Assembly: GCA_036498765.1 (NCBI GenBank) | Contig: DASYEX010000349.1 | Coordinates: forward strand, 1-62,597 | Direction of reading: 5' to 3' | DNA length: 62,597 nt | DNA from: Polyangia bacterium | Lineage (GTDB): Bacteria > Myxococcota_A > Polyangia > Fen-1088 | Part shown: one piece after another, positions 18,701 to 26,561 of the stretch | How the letters are laid out: every line of letters begins with the position of its first letter | How positions within the stretch are numbered: position 1 is the first letter of the stretch | The notes under the pieces: generated by a model | What the model saw: the letters and a program-made list of their open reading frames with translations, nothing else | What the model was told of the DNA's origin: nothing | Database searches by the model: none | Translations under genes and position numbers: made by a program

Positions 18701-18757
18701 GGATTCCAGTCGGGCGGCGGCAACCAGACCTACTTCGTCGCCTCTGCGACGTTCTGA
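15743..18757 (+). CDS. Outer-membrane fusion protein: signal peptide + gluzincin-like HExxH domain + PD40/TolB-like propeller + Omp85-like C-terminal barrel
   Basis: Signal peptide ends AARADA. LITHELTHVVH...WFIEGMAVLMES gives HExxH plus a downstream Glu. PD40 blades: VSPDGKQIV, FSPDGRLIAYS, FSPDGRYLLYSSDRSGINNIYAY, VSPDERRLVYTG. C-terminal FLRGYPANV, GAGFVDAGNAF and the terminal ...ASATF are Omp85/BamA-like. Confidence 0.85.
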   Translation: MLTRAPAGLVLLALGGALVMTAGAARADAVDEPGEGLPAPRVPRADWYTLQTPHFEIQFYADEQAFAERVAHFAERAFRLNTRYFNWRPSGRVIVTLTDISDGANGEASSVPYNFINAFGVPPDSLDELNDFDDYVKLLITHELTHVVHLDTMLSPCPLIYNTLLGKTWAPNLAEPVWFIEGMAVLMESRQTTAGRLRSSFYDMHLRVPFLEGRPFGLDQITAIPDPYPQGTAAYLYGSSLLRYVEDRYGPQKIRELSQRYADTCVPGALNRTALHAVGRGYAGVFGAGLFDDWRRSVGHRYALQIEEAKQRPLTSATRITWDAPAPRSEGPGAHFFADGTLVYHRQNNDQSPAYVRLDPATGARRTIADLLSGGPAAPTPDGQALIVQRLYFPQLTRRIWGSSFLSWNDLFRLDLANGTIRQLTRGVRAHEPDVSPDGKQIVCVLAGTGTRQLALVPIEGGEPRLLMPGAPGLAFSPTFSPDGRLIAYSRWKPGGFRDIHVYELATATDRALAVDRAMDIDPRFSPDGRYLLYSSDRSGINNIYAYELATRQLFQVTNVLSGAFQPAVSPDERRLVYTGFTTDGFDLWTMPYDPATFVPAKPFANFRLDAPTDPDAETDSPDAAPEDADAVPFPQRVVPYNPWKYMYPHQWTAGVLKDPFGMGDTFQLQTSANDPANIHAFFFDLLVPTSGTPSGTIAYSYARFWPALNLSLSKLDAVANGLIIDNQNLNYVQRTVTFSASTDLPVLQTPDASADISFGYDYALFGPISRIPVGEPTGGITVLPQTGPAADLNFSWSFSNAHRWQYSISNQEGRAVSVGLRLVDPVLGGNLRSVTIQASWKEYATPPWARLHALALYAAGGTSIGDQHQFFSLGGYAEQDVLRSILLKQQSFAFLRGYPANVVSGDTFIVASGEYRFPLYWIERGYQTFPVFLRRLWGAGFVDAGNAFQGPFHVEQLKTDAGVEAHLLFSLGWYLEPQITLGYAHGFQSGGGNQTYFVASATF

Positions 18758-18763
18758 TTAGAC

Positions 18764-18784
18764 CGGGACCCTCAGAGGGTCCCG
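18764..18784. terminator. Hairpin CGGGACCCT-cag-AGGGTCCCG at a convergent gene junction
   Basis: 9-bp perfect stem, 7 nt after the stop at 18757 and 55 nt before the bioA stop (18840). Confidence 0.5.
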
Positions 18785-18839
18785 CGCCTCCCGCGATGAG
18801 CTCGCGCCGGCAAAGCCGTCGCTCCCTCACGCGATCAGC

Positions 18840-20252
18840 TCAGGCGACGACGGCATCGACGCTGGCGGCGAGGACGGCGGCCATCTCCTCGATCTCGGGC
18901 TCGGTCACGGTCAAGGGCGGGTAGAGGTACATCGTGTCGCCCAGCGGCCGCAGGAGGGCGCCGCGCCGGACCGCCTCGCGGTAGATGGCGTAGCCGGTCC
19001 GCTGCTTGGGATCTCGCGCGCTCCCGTCGGCGGCGCGGACGTCGACGGCCGCCACCATCCCGCAGGCGCGCAGGTTGCGCAGAAAAGGACGCGGGGCCGC
19101 CACCGCCTCGAGCGCCGCACGCAGGCGCGGCCCGAGCACCGCCACCCGGGCCAGGAGATCGTCCTCGGCGAAGACGTCGAGCGCGGCGTTGGCCACCGCC
19201 ACGCCGAGCGCGTTGCCCGTGTAGGTGTTCGAGTGAAGGAAGGCGCGCCCCTCGGCGTAGTCCGCGTCGAACAGATCGTAGATGGCGTCGGTGGTCAGGA
19301 CCGCCGACAACGGCAGCACACCGCCGGTCAGGCCCTTGGAGAGGGTCGCGAAATCCGGCAGCGCCGCCGTCCCCGCCAGGTGACTGGCCAGCATCGCGCC
19401 GAGGCGCCCCATCCCCGACGCGATCTCGTCGGCGATCAGGTAGACGCCGTTGGCGTCGGCCCAGGCGCGCAGCCGGCGCAGCAGATCCGGGCTGAAGAAC
19501 AGCATGCCGCCCGCCGCCTGCAGGACCGGCTCGTAGACGATCGCCGCCACGCGCTCGGCCTCGGCGGCGAGCGACCGTTCGATGGCCGGCCAGGCCTCAC
19601 CGGCGTCGTACCAGAACGGATCCTGCGGGCCGCTGCGGTAGGGGAGCCCGCGCAGCCGCTGCACCGGAAAGCAGAGCGACCGGTACGGCGCCGCGTAGAC
19701 CTCGAGGTCGCCGAGGGAGAGCGCCCCGACGGTCTCGCCGTGGTAGCCGTTCTCCAGCGCCACGAAGCGGTCGCGGCGCGCCTTACCCCGCTGCGCCTGC
19801 GCCTGCAAGGCCATCTTCAACGCGATCTCGACCGCCGTCGACCCGTTGTCGGCGAGGAACACCTTTCCGAAGTGACCCGGCCGGCGTCCCGGCGGCGCCG
19901 CCCCGCCCCAGGCCTCGCGCGGCTCGCCGTTGGCGGCGGCCAGCAGGCGCTCGCACAGGCGCACCAGGGGCGCGCTGGTGGTGTTGGCGGTGATGACGTG
20001 CTCGAACGCCTCCTGCTGGTTCCGCAGCGCCGCCGCCAGACGCGGATGGCCGTGGCCGAGCGCCTTGCACCACCAGCTGGAGATGGCGTCGAGGATCTCG
20101 CGCCCGTCGGAGAGCCGGAGGCGCGCCCCCTGCGCCCCCACCACCTCGAGCGGTGGGAAGTCGCGGTAGTCGCGCATCTGGCTGCAGGGGTGCCAGAAGA
20201 CCGCCAGGTCGCGGGCCGCCAGATCCCCCGGCGGCCCGTGTTGGATCGTCAT
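18840..20252 (-). CDS. bioA: Adenosylmethionine-8-amino-7-oxononanoate aminotransferase
   Basis: FWHPCSQMRDY, ISSWWCKALGHGHP, ADEIASGMGRLG, TLSKGLTGGVLPLSA (PLP lysine motif). Confidence 0.92.
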   Translation of the reverse strand: MTIQHGPPGDLAARDLAVFWHPCSQMRDYRDFPPLEVVGAQGARLRLSDGREILDAISSWWCKALGHGHPRLAAALRNQQEAFEHVITANTTSAPLVRLCERLLAAANGEPREAWGGAAPPGRRPGHFGKVFLADNGSTAVEIALKMALQAQAQRGKARRDRFVALENGYHGETVGALSLGDLEVYAAPYRSLCFPVQRLRGLPYRSGPQDPFWYDAGEAWPAIERSLAAEAERVAAIVYEPVLQAAGGMLFFSPDLLRRLRAWADANGVYLIADEIASGMGRLGAMLASHLAGTAALPDFATLSKGLTGGVLPLSAVLTTDAIYDLFDADYAEGRAFLHSNTYTGNALGVAVANAALDVFAEDDLLARVAVLGPRLRAALEAVAAPRPFLRNLRACGMVAAVDVRAADGSARDPKQRTGYAIYREAVRRGALLRPLGDTMYLYPPLTVTEPEIEEMAAVLAASVDAVVA

Positions 20253-20261
20253 CCCCAGTGA

Positions 20262-22739
20262 CTAGCACGGCCCGGAGGCCTGCGGCGCCCGCGCGGACTT
20301 CGCGCGGCGTCCACGCCCGCGCAGCGCCAGCCCGCCACCGAGCAGGCTGAAGAGGAAGGCGCCCGGACCGGGCAGGTCGTCGCCGAGCGAGCAGTTGCAC
20401 CCACCCGACGGGGGCTTGGGCGGCGGAGTCCCGGCGTCGGCCTCGTGACCCGCGCCGCCACCGGTCGCCCCTTCGCTGTTCCCGCCCGTGCCGCCGGCGT
20501 GCCCGCCGGTGGCGACCGAGCCGCCGCCCTGGCCCTCTCCGCGGCCCCCCACGCCGGCGCCGGCCGCCCCGGAGTTGCCTGCGGCTCCCGTCCCGCCGGT
20601 CGCGCCGGCTGCGCCGCTGCCCGCCGCACCGTTGCCGGCCGCGCCGTTGCCGGCCGCGCCCATCATGCCGGCGGCCCCCATCATTCCGGCCGCGCCGGTC
20701 ATTCCGGTCATCCCCGCTGCGCCGTCGCCAGCCGCTCCGGACGTTCCCGCCGCTCCGCTGGTTCCGGCCGAGCCGCCAGCCCCGGCCGCGCCACCGGTGC
20801 CGGTATTGCAGTTGGCGAGCGAGTAGGTCATCGACTGACCGGCAGCGAGCTGCAGGTACGAGATCGTCTGACCGGCGTAGCTCTCGGCACCGGGCGTGCA
20901 AAGCCCGGTCACGGGCACGGTCGCCGCGTTCGTCACGCTCACCGTCATCGACGTTCCGGACGCGACGGTGGCCACCACCCCCGAGGCGTTGAGCGACATA
21001 CGGTTCCGCACCCGCTGCGCGAGGTCATCCATCGTGGGGCTGACGACCGGCAACGTCATCACCTGGCCGTACTTGGCGAACGAGGCGTCGAGCAGATCGC
21101 TGAGCAGGCTGTGTCCGGCGCCGTCGTAGTTGCGGGTGTCCGCCTGATGGAACATCCAGGGATAGTTGTCGCCGTTGAGCATGTATGACGAGAGCGCGTC
21201 GCTCTGCGTGCCGATGATCGTGTCGTAGCTGACGGTCGGCAGGTTCTGAACCACCTCGTACTCCGCGATCCACTCGGCCGGCTGCGAGACGTTGTAGTAG
21301 AGCTCGCTCGGGATGCGCGGAATGACCAGCACGTCCGGCTCGAGAACGTCGAAGAACCCGGCGTTCGGCGTCCCGAGAGCTTTCCCCTCCCCCGCCACCG
21401 AGGTGTCGCCCACGATCTGGGTGATCCCCGCGTCGTGGATGGCCCGCAAGGCGTTGGCGTTCTGCAGCCCCGAGATGTCCGGCGTCACCGCGTTGGTCGT
21501 CGAGTACGGCGTCAGCGGCAGACCGCGCAGGTACTGGTCGTTCTCGGTGAACTCCATGAGCGTGCTGGCGTAGTCCGCCGACATCAGATCCATGTGGTCC
21601 CAGGTGTGGTTGAGCCAGGCGAAGGTCGACCCCAGCGCGACCGCCTTGGCCGTCAACGGGTCGCCCGGCATCGACTGAGAGCCCTGTCCGTTGCAGGCGT
21701 AGGCGGCGCGGAAGCCAGCGGTGAGCGGCTGCGCGCGCGTGACGTTCTCCCAGTTCGCGAACGCCTGCAGGTCGGTGCCGCTGAGCCGGAAGGTGGTGCC
21801 GGTGTTGGGGTAGATGTCGCTGAAGAGAAAGAGGTCGTCGATCTGCGGCGTCGCGTAGGTGTGCCGCTCGCCGACGAACAGTCCGCGCGTGGCCCAGCTG
21901 ACCAGCCCGTAGCCGAGCTCGAGGTAGGAGACGAAGGAGTCGGCCTGGGAGAAGGTGAGCATCAGCGCCTCTCGGCCGTCGGAGTACGTGCGCGTCGCCG
22001 CGTAAACGTTGCCGCGGGCGTCGACCAGCAACGGCAGGGTCATCCCGTCGGCCGGCGACGCCGGGTAGACGAACCCCTGGTTGATGTTCACCGGATTGTC
22101 ACAGTTCGTCCCCACGAACACCGAGCGGGCGGCCTGGGTGCAGGTCGCCTGGACGGGCGAGCTCGAAGCGTCGAAGCCACTGCCCACCAGCGACAGGCCG
22201 TAACCCGCCGTCGACGGTGAGGTGTAGAGCGAGACGCGTCGAACGCCGAACGAGGCCTCGTAGGTCGCGAGCGTAGTGAATTCGGCGTCGGAGAGGGTGG
22301 CAGCTCCGTTGACCGACAGATCGCCGCTGTCCAGGAAGACGGCGCTGTACTTGCCGTGGGTCCCCGACGAAAGCGTGTCGGCGGTGAGTGAGGTGGTCGT
22401 CGCGTTGATTACGTCGAACGGCGTACCGAGGTACCGGAGCGTGTTCTCGATGGCCCCCAGCGTGTCGCCGGTCCCGTCGGCGCTGAGGATGAGGATGCGT
22501 GAATCGACCGACGCGTTTGCGAGCGGGGCCGCGTTGGTCGGAGGCGCCGGATGCGCCGATGGCGACGGAGAGAGCGGGTGCGCCGCCACCCGTGGCGGCG
22601 GCGCCGGCGCGTGCGCCAGCCGTTCGTGCGCGACCACCGGTCCACCGTTGCCGCTGCGCGCGTTGCCACATCCCATCGCCGTCGCGGTCACGACGCCCGC
22701 GACCAACACCACCCGCAGCCCCCGCACAGAAGTTTTCAT
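20262..22739 (-). CDS. Lipoprotein-signal / MYXO-CTERM protein with DD...HTWDH (deacetylase-like) core, paralogue A
   Basis: Start re-picked at MKTSVRGLRVVLVAGVVTATAMGC, with GAGGAG 6 nt upstream. Core strings ATPQIDDLFL and FAWLNHTWDH. Gly/Ala-rich linker, then GGCNCSLG...AFLFSLLGGGLALRGRGRR. Confidence 0.85.
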   Translation of the reverse strand: MKTSVRGLRVVLVAGVVTATAMGCGNARSGNGGPVVAHERLAHAPAPPPRVAAHPLSPSPSAHPAPPTNAAPLANASVDSRILILSADGTGDTLGAIENTLRYLGTPFDVINATTTSLTADTLSSGTHGKYSAVFLDSGDLSVNGAATLSDAEFTTLATYEASFGVRRVSLYTSPSTAGYGLSLVGSGFDASSSPVQATCTQAARSVFVGTNCDNPVNINQGFVYPASPADGMTLPLLVDARGNVYAATRTYSDGREALMLTFSQADSFVSYLELGYGLVSWATRGLFVGERHTYATPQIDDLFLFSDIYPNTGTTFRLSGTDLQAFANWENVTRAQPLTAGFRAAYACNGQGSQSMPGDPLTAKAVALGSTFAWLNHTWDHMDLMSADYASTLMEFTENDQYLRGLPLTPYSTTNAVTPDISGLQNANALRAIHDAGITQIVGDTSVAGEGKALGTPNAGFFDVLEPDVLVIPRIPSELYYNVSQPAEWIAEYEVVQNLPTVSYDTIIGTQSDALSSYMLNGDNYPWMFHQADTRNYDGAGHSLLSDLLDASFAKYGQVMTLPVVSPTMDDLAQRVRNRMSLNASGVVATVASGTSMTVSVTNAATVPVTGLCTPGAESYAGQTISYLQLAAGQSMTYSLANCNTGTGGAAGAGGSAGTSGAAGTSGAAGDGAAGMTGMTGAAGMMGAAGMMGAAGNGAAGNGAAGSGAAGATGGTGAAGNSGAAGAGVGGRGEGQGGGSVATGGHAGGTGGNSEGATGGGAGHEADAGTPPPKPPSGGCNCSLGDDLPGPGAFLFSLLGGGLALRGRGRRAKSARAPQASGPC
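20555..20800 (-). repeat. Coding low-complexity repeat (GAAGxx, ~15-18 nt period) forming the linker before the MYXO-CTERM tail
   Basis: Translation SGAAGTSGAAGDGAAGMTGMTGAAGMMGAAGMMGAAGNGAAGNGAAGSGAAG. Bounds are approximate. Confidence 0.75.
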
Positions 22740-22782
22740 CGTTGCTCCTCGCTCGTCCGAAAGTTCGGCGAGCAGGGAGCCA

Positions 22783-22797
22783 GCAGAAGGCATGCCA
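22783..22797 (-). promoter_or_regulatory. Sigma-54-type promoter (-24/-12) for paralogue A
   Basis: Minus strand reads TGGCAT-GCCTT-CTGC (GG-N10-GC), 44 nt upstream of ATG 22739. It matches the element at 25103..25117 at 13 of 15 positions (16 of 18 with the flanking TGx). Confidence 0.5.
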
Positions 22798-22903
22798 CGG
22801 AGAAGGCGCGAGATCCCCGGCGCCCCGCTACCGTTCGGTGCCGGCGGACGCAGCGGCCGTTCCACGCCCGCGCACCCTCGAGCGGCCTCTCAGGAGTCGT
22901 CTC

Positions 22904-25054
22904 CTACGTGCGCGTCCGTCGACGGCGCACGACGAGAGCGGCCGCGAACAACACGAACGGCAGCGCGGCAGATCGCCCCGGCGTCGCGGCGAGCCCGCAC
23001 GCGCATCCCGGCTTCTCCGAGGAGATCCCGGGCGACCCTGGCATGGTGGTGCTGCCGGCGATCGTGTTGCCCGTGTGTGTCCCGTCCGTCGGGGGACCGC
23101 CGCCGTCGGCGACCGGAGCAGTCCCGGCGCCGCCGTTTCCCGGCGTGCCGCCCGTTCCGGTCGTGCTCCCGCAGCTCCCCAGTGGGTAGGTCGCCGTCTG
23201 ACCGTCGGCGAGCGCCAGGTACGAGATCGTCTGACCGCCGTAGCTCTCGGCGCCCGCGAGGCAGAGCCCCGTGATGGGGACCGTGGCCGCATGAGCCACC
23301 GTGACGCTGAGCGAGCCCGCGGCGATCGTCGCGACCACGCCCGAGGCGTCGAGCGCCATCCGGTTCTTCACCCGCGACGCGAGGTCGTCCATGGTCGGGC
23401 TGACGATCGGAAGCGTCATCACCGCTTCGTACTTGTGAAACGCGGCGTCGAGCACGTCGCTGAGCAGGCTGCGCCCTGCCCCGTCGTAGTTGCGCACGTT
23501 TGCCTGGTGAAACATCCAGGGATCGTTGCTGCCGTTCAGCATGTAGCTGAAGAGGTCGTCGCTGATCTTTCCCGTCAACGTCGGATAGTCGGTGGCAGCA
23601 ATCATGCGCAGCGCCTCGTACTCGGGGATCCACTCCGACGGCTGCGAGACGTTGAAGTAGAGATCGCTCGCCTTGCGTGGGATTTCCAGGACCGACGGCT
23701 CGAGCGCGTTCCAGATGCCGGCGTTCGGCGAGGGGTTGTTCTGCCCCGGCTCGGAGGTGTCGCTGACGATCTGCTGAATGCCGGCGTCGTGAATCGCCCG
23801 CATCGCGTCCGCGCTGCCGAGGCCCGAAATGTTGGGCGTGACGGCGTTGACCGTGGCGTAAGGCATGAGGCCCAGGCCGCGCAGGAATTGATCGTTCTGC
23901 GTGAACTCCATCAGGACCGCGGCGTAGCTGAGCGTGTCGAGCACCGGGTGATCCCAGCTGTGGTTGATCCACGCGAACGCCGGTCCCAGCGCCACGACCT
24001 TGGCGGTCAGTGGATCGCCGGGCTGCTGGGCCGACCCAGCGCCATTGACCGCCCAGGTGGCGCGGAAGTCGGCGGTCATCGGGTTCGTCTGCGTCGCCTG
24101 CTGCCAGTCGGCGAACGCCTGCAAATCGGCGTCGCTAATCCGGTAGGTGCCGCCCGTGTAGATGGTGCTTGCCAGGAAAAGATCGTCGATCTGCGGCATC
24201 GCGTAGACGTGCCGCTCGCCGACGAACAGGCCGCGCGTGGCCCAGTTCACGAGGCCGTATGCGATCTCCAGATAGGAGACGTAAGACGATGCCTGACCGA
24301 AGGTGAGAGCCAGCGCCTCGCGCCCGTCGGGGTAGCTGCGCGTGGCGGCGTAGACGTTCCCTCCGGCATCGACGAGCAGCGGCGTGGTCGCGCTGTCGGT
24401 AGCTGCAGTCGGGTACGCATAGCCCTGATTGATGAGGACCGGATTGGCGCAGTTCGTCCCCACGAAGAGCGCGGCGCCCGCGGCCGTGCAGGTCGCCGAG
24501 ATTGGCGTCTTGCTCGGGTCAACGCCGGTATCGGTGTCGACGAATCCGTACGACGCGGTCGGCGACGTATAGAGCGCGACCCGCCGGACGCCGAACTGGA
24601 CCTCATACGTGGTGAGGCTCTGCCATTCGTCCTCGCTGAACGCGCCGCTCAGATCGCCGATGTCCAGGAAGATCGCGTTGTATTTCCCGTGAGCCCCGGA
24701 GGAGAGCGCGGCGGCGGTCAGCGCGGGGCCGGTCGAGGCGTTGAGCACGTCGAACGGCGTCCCCAGGTACTGGAGCGTGTTCTCGATCGCAGTGAACGCG
24801 GCGTTGTTTCCCGCGGCGGTGATGATCAGGACGCGCGCGTCGACCGACGCCCCCGCCACCGGCGAGGCACCGGTCGCCGGCGCGGTGTCCACCGACGCGA
24901 TCGTGAGCGGCCGGACCAACGCGGGCGGCACCGGCCGCGGCGGGAGCGAAATTCGCCCGCGCGCCACCATGCCGTCGCTCGCGTCAGGAGCAGTGCATCC
25001 GCCGATGCCGTACGCCGAACCCATCAGAACTACGATCCCCGCCCAGCGTTTCAT
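22904..25054 (-). CDS. Lipoprotein-signal / MYXO-CTERM protein with DD...HSWDH (deacetylase-like) core, paralogue B
   Basis: MKRWAGIVVLMGSAYGIGGC. Homologous to 20262..22739 over its whole length. C-terminus PGCACGLAATPGRSAALPFVLFAAALVVRRRRTRT. Confidence 0.85.
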   Translation of the reverse strand: MKRWAGIVVLMGSAYGIGGCTAPDASDGMVARGRISLPPRPVPPALVRPLTIASVDTAPATGASPVAGASVDARVLIITAAGNNAAFTAIENTLQYLGTPFDVLNASTGPALTAAALSSGAHGKYNAIFLDIGDLSGAFSEDEWQSLTTYEVQFGVRRVALYTSPTASYGFVDTDTGVDPSKTPISATCTAAGAALFVGTNCANPVLINQGYAYPTAATDSATTPLLVDAGGNVYAATRSYPDGREALALTFGQASSYVSYLEIAYGLVNWATRGLFVGERHVYAMPQIDDLFLASTIYTGGTYRISDADLQAFADWQQATQTNPMTADFRATWAVNGAGSAQQPGDPLTAKVVALGPAFAWINHSWDHPVLDTLSYAAVLMEFTQNDQFLRGLGLMPYATVNAVTPNISGLGSADAMRAIHDAGIQQIVSDTSEPGQNNPSPNAGIWNALEPSVLEIPRKASDLYFNVSQPSEWIPEYEALRMIAATDYPTLTGKISDDLFSYMLNGSNDPWMFHQANVRNYDGAGRSLLSDVLDAAFHKYEAVMTLPIVSPTMDDLASRVKNRMALDASGVVATIAAGSLSVTVAHAATVPITGLCLAGAESYGGQTISYLALADGQTATYPLGSCGSTTGTGGTPGNGGAGTAPVADGGGPPTDGTHTGNTIAGSTTMPGSPGISSEKPGCACGLAATPGRSAALPFVLFAAALVVRRRRTRT

Positions 25055-25102
25055 GCCGTGCCCTCCCCAAGCCGCTTCCAGGAACGGCGAGAGGGGAATT
25101 CA

Positions 25103-25117
25103 GCAGAACGCGTGCCA
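25103..25117 (-). promoter_or_regulatory. Sigma-54-type promoter (-24/-12) for paralogue B
   Basis: Minus strand reads TGGCAC-GCGTT-CTGC (GG-N10-GC), 49 nt upstream of ATG 25054. It lies in the 154-nt gap directly downstream of the NtrC-type activator gene. Confidence 0.55.
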
Positions 25118-25208
25118 GGCGACGACGACCGTATCGGCGCGGACGGGCGATACCGTTCCGTATCCTCCCTGCGAAACGCGGTCATCGAATCGTTGCAATG
25201 CTTAGGAG

Positions 25209-26557
<1,349 letters not shown>

Positions 26558-26561
<4 letters not shown>

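Noticed and set aside
20555-20800. Short-period direct repeats here and at 57138..57660, considered as a possible CRISPR array or non-coding satellite.
   Set aside because: The period is 15-21 nt with no unique spacers. The repeats lie in frame inside well-supported CDSs, encode Gly-rich linkers, and have no cas genes nearby.
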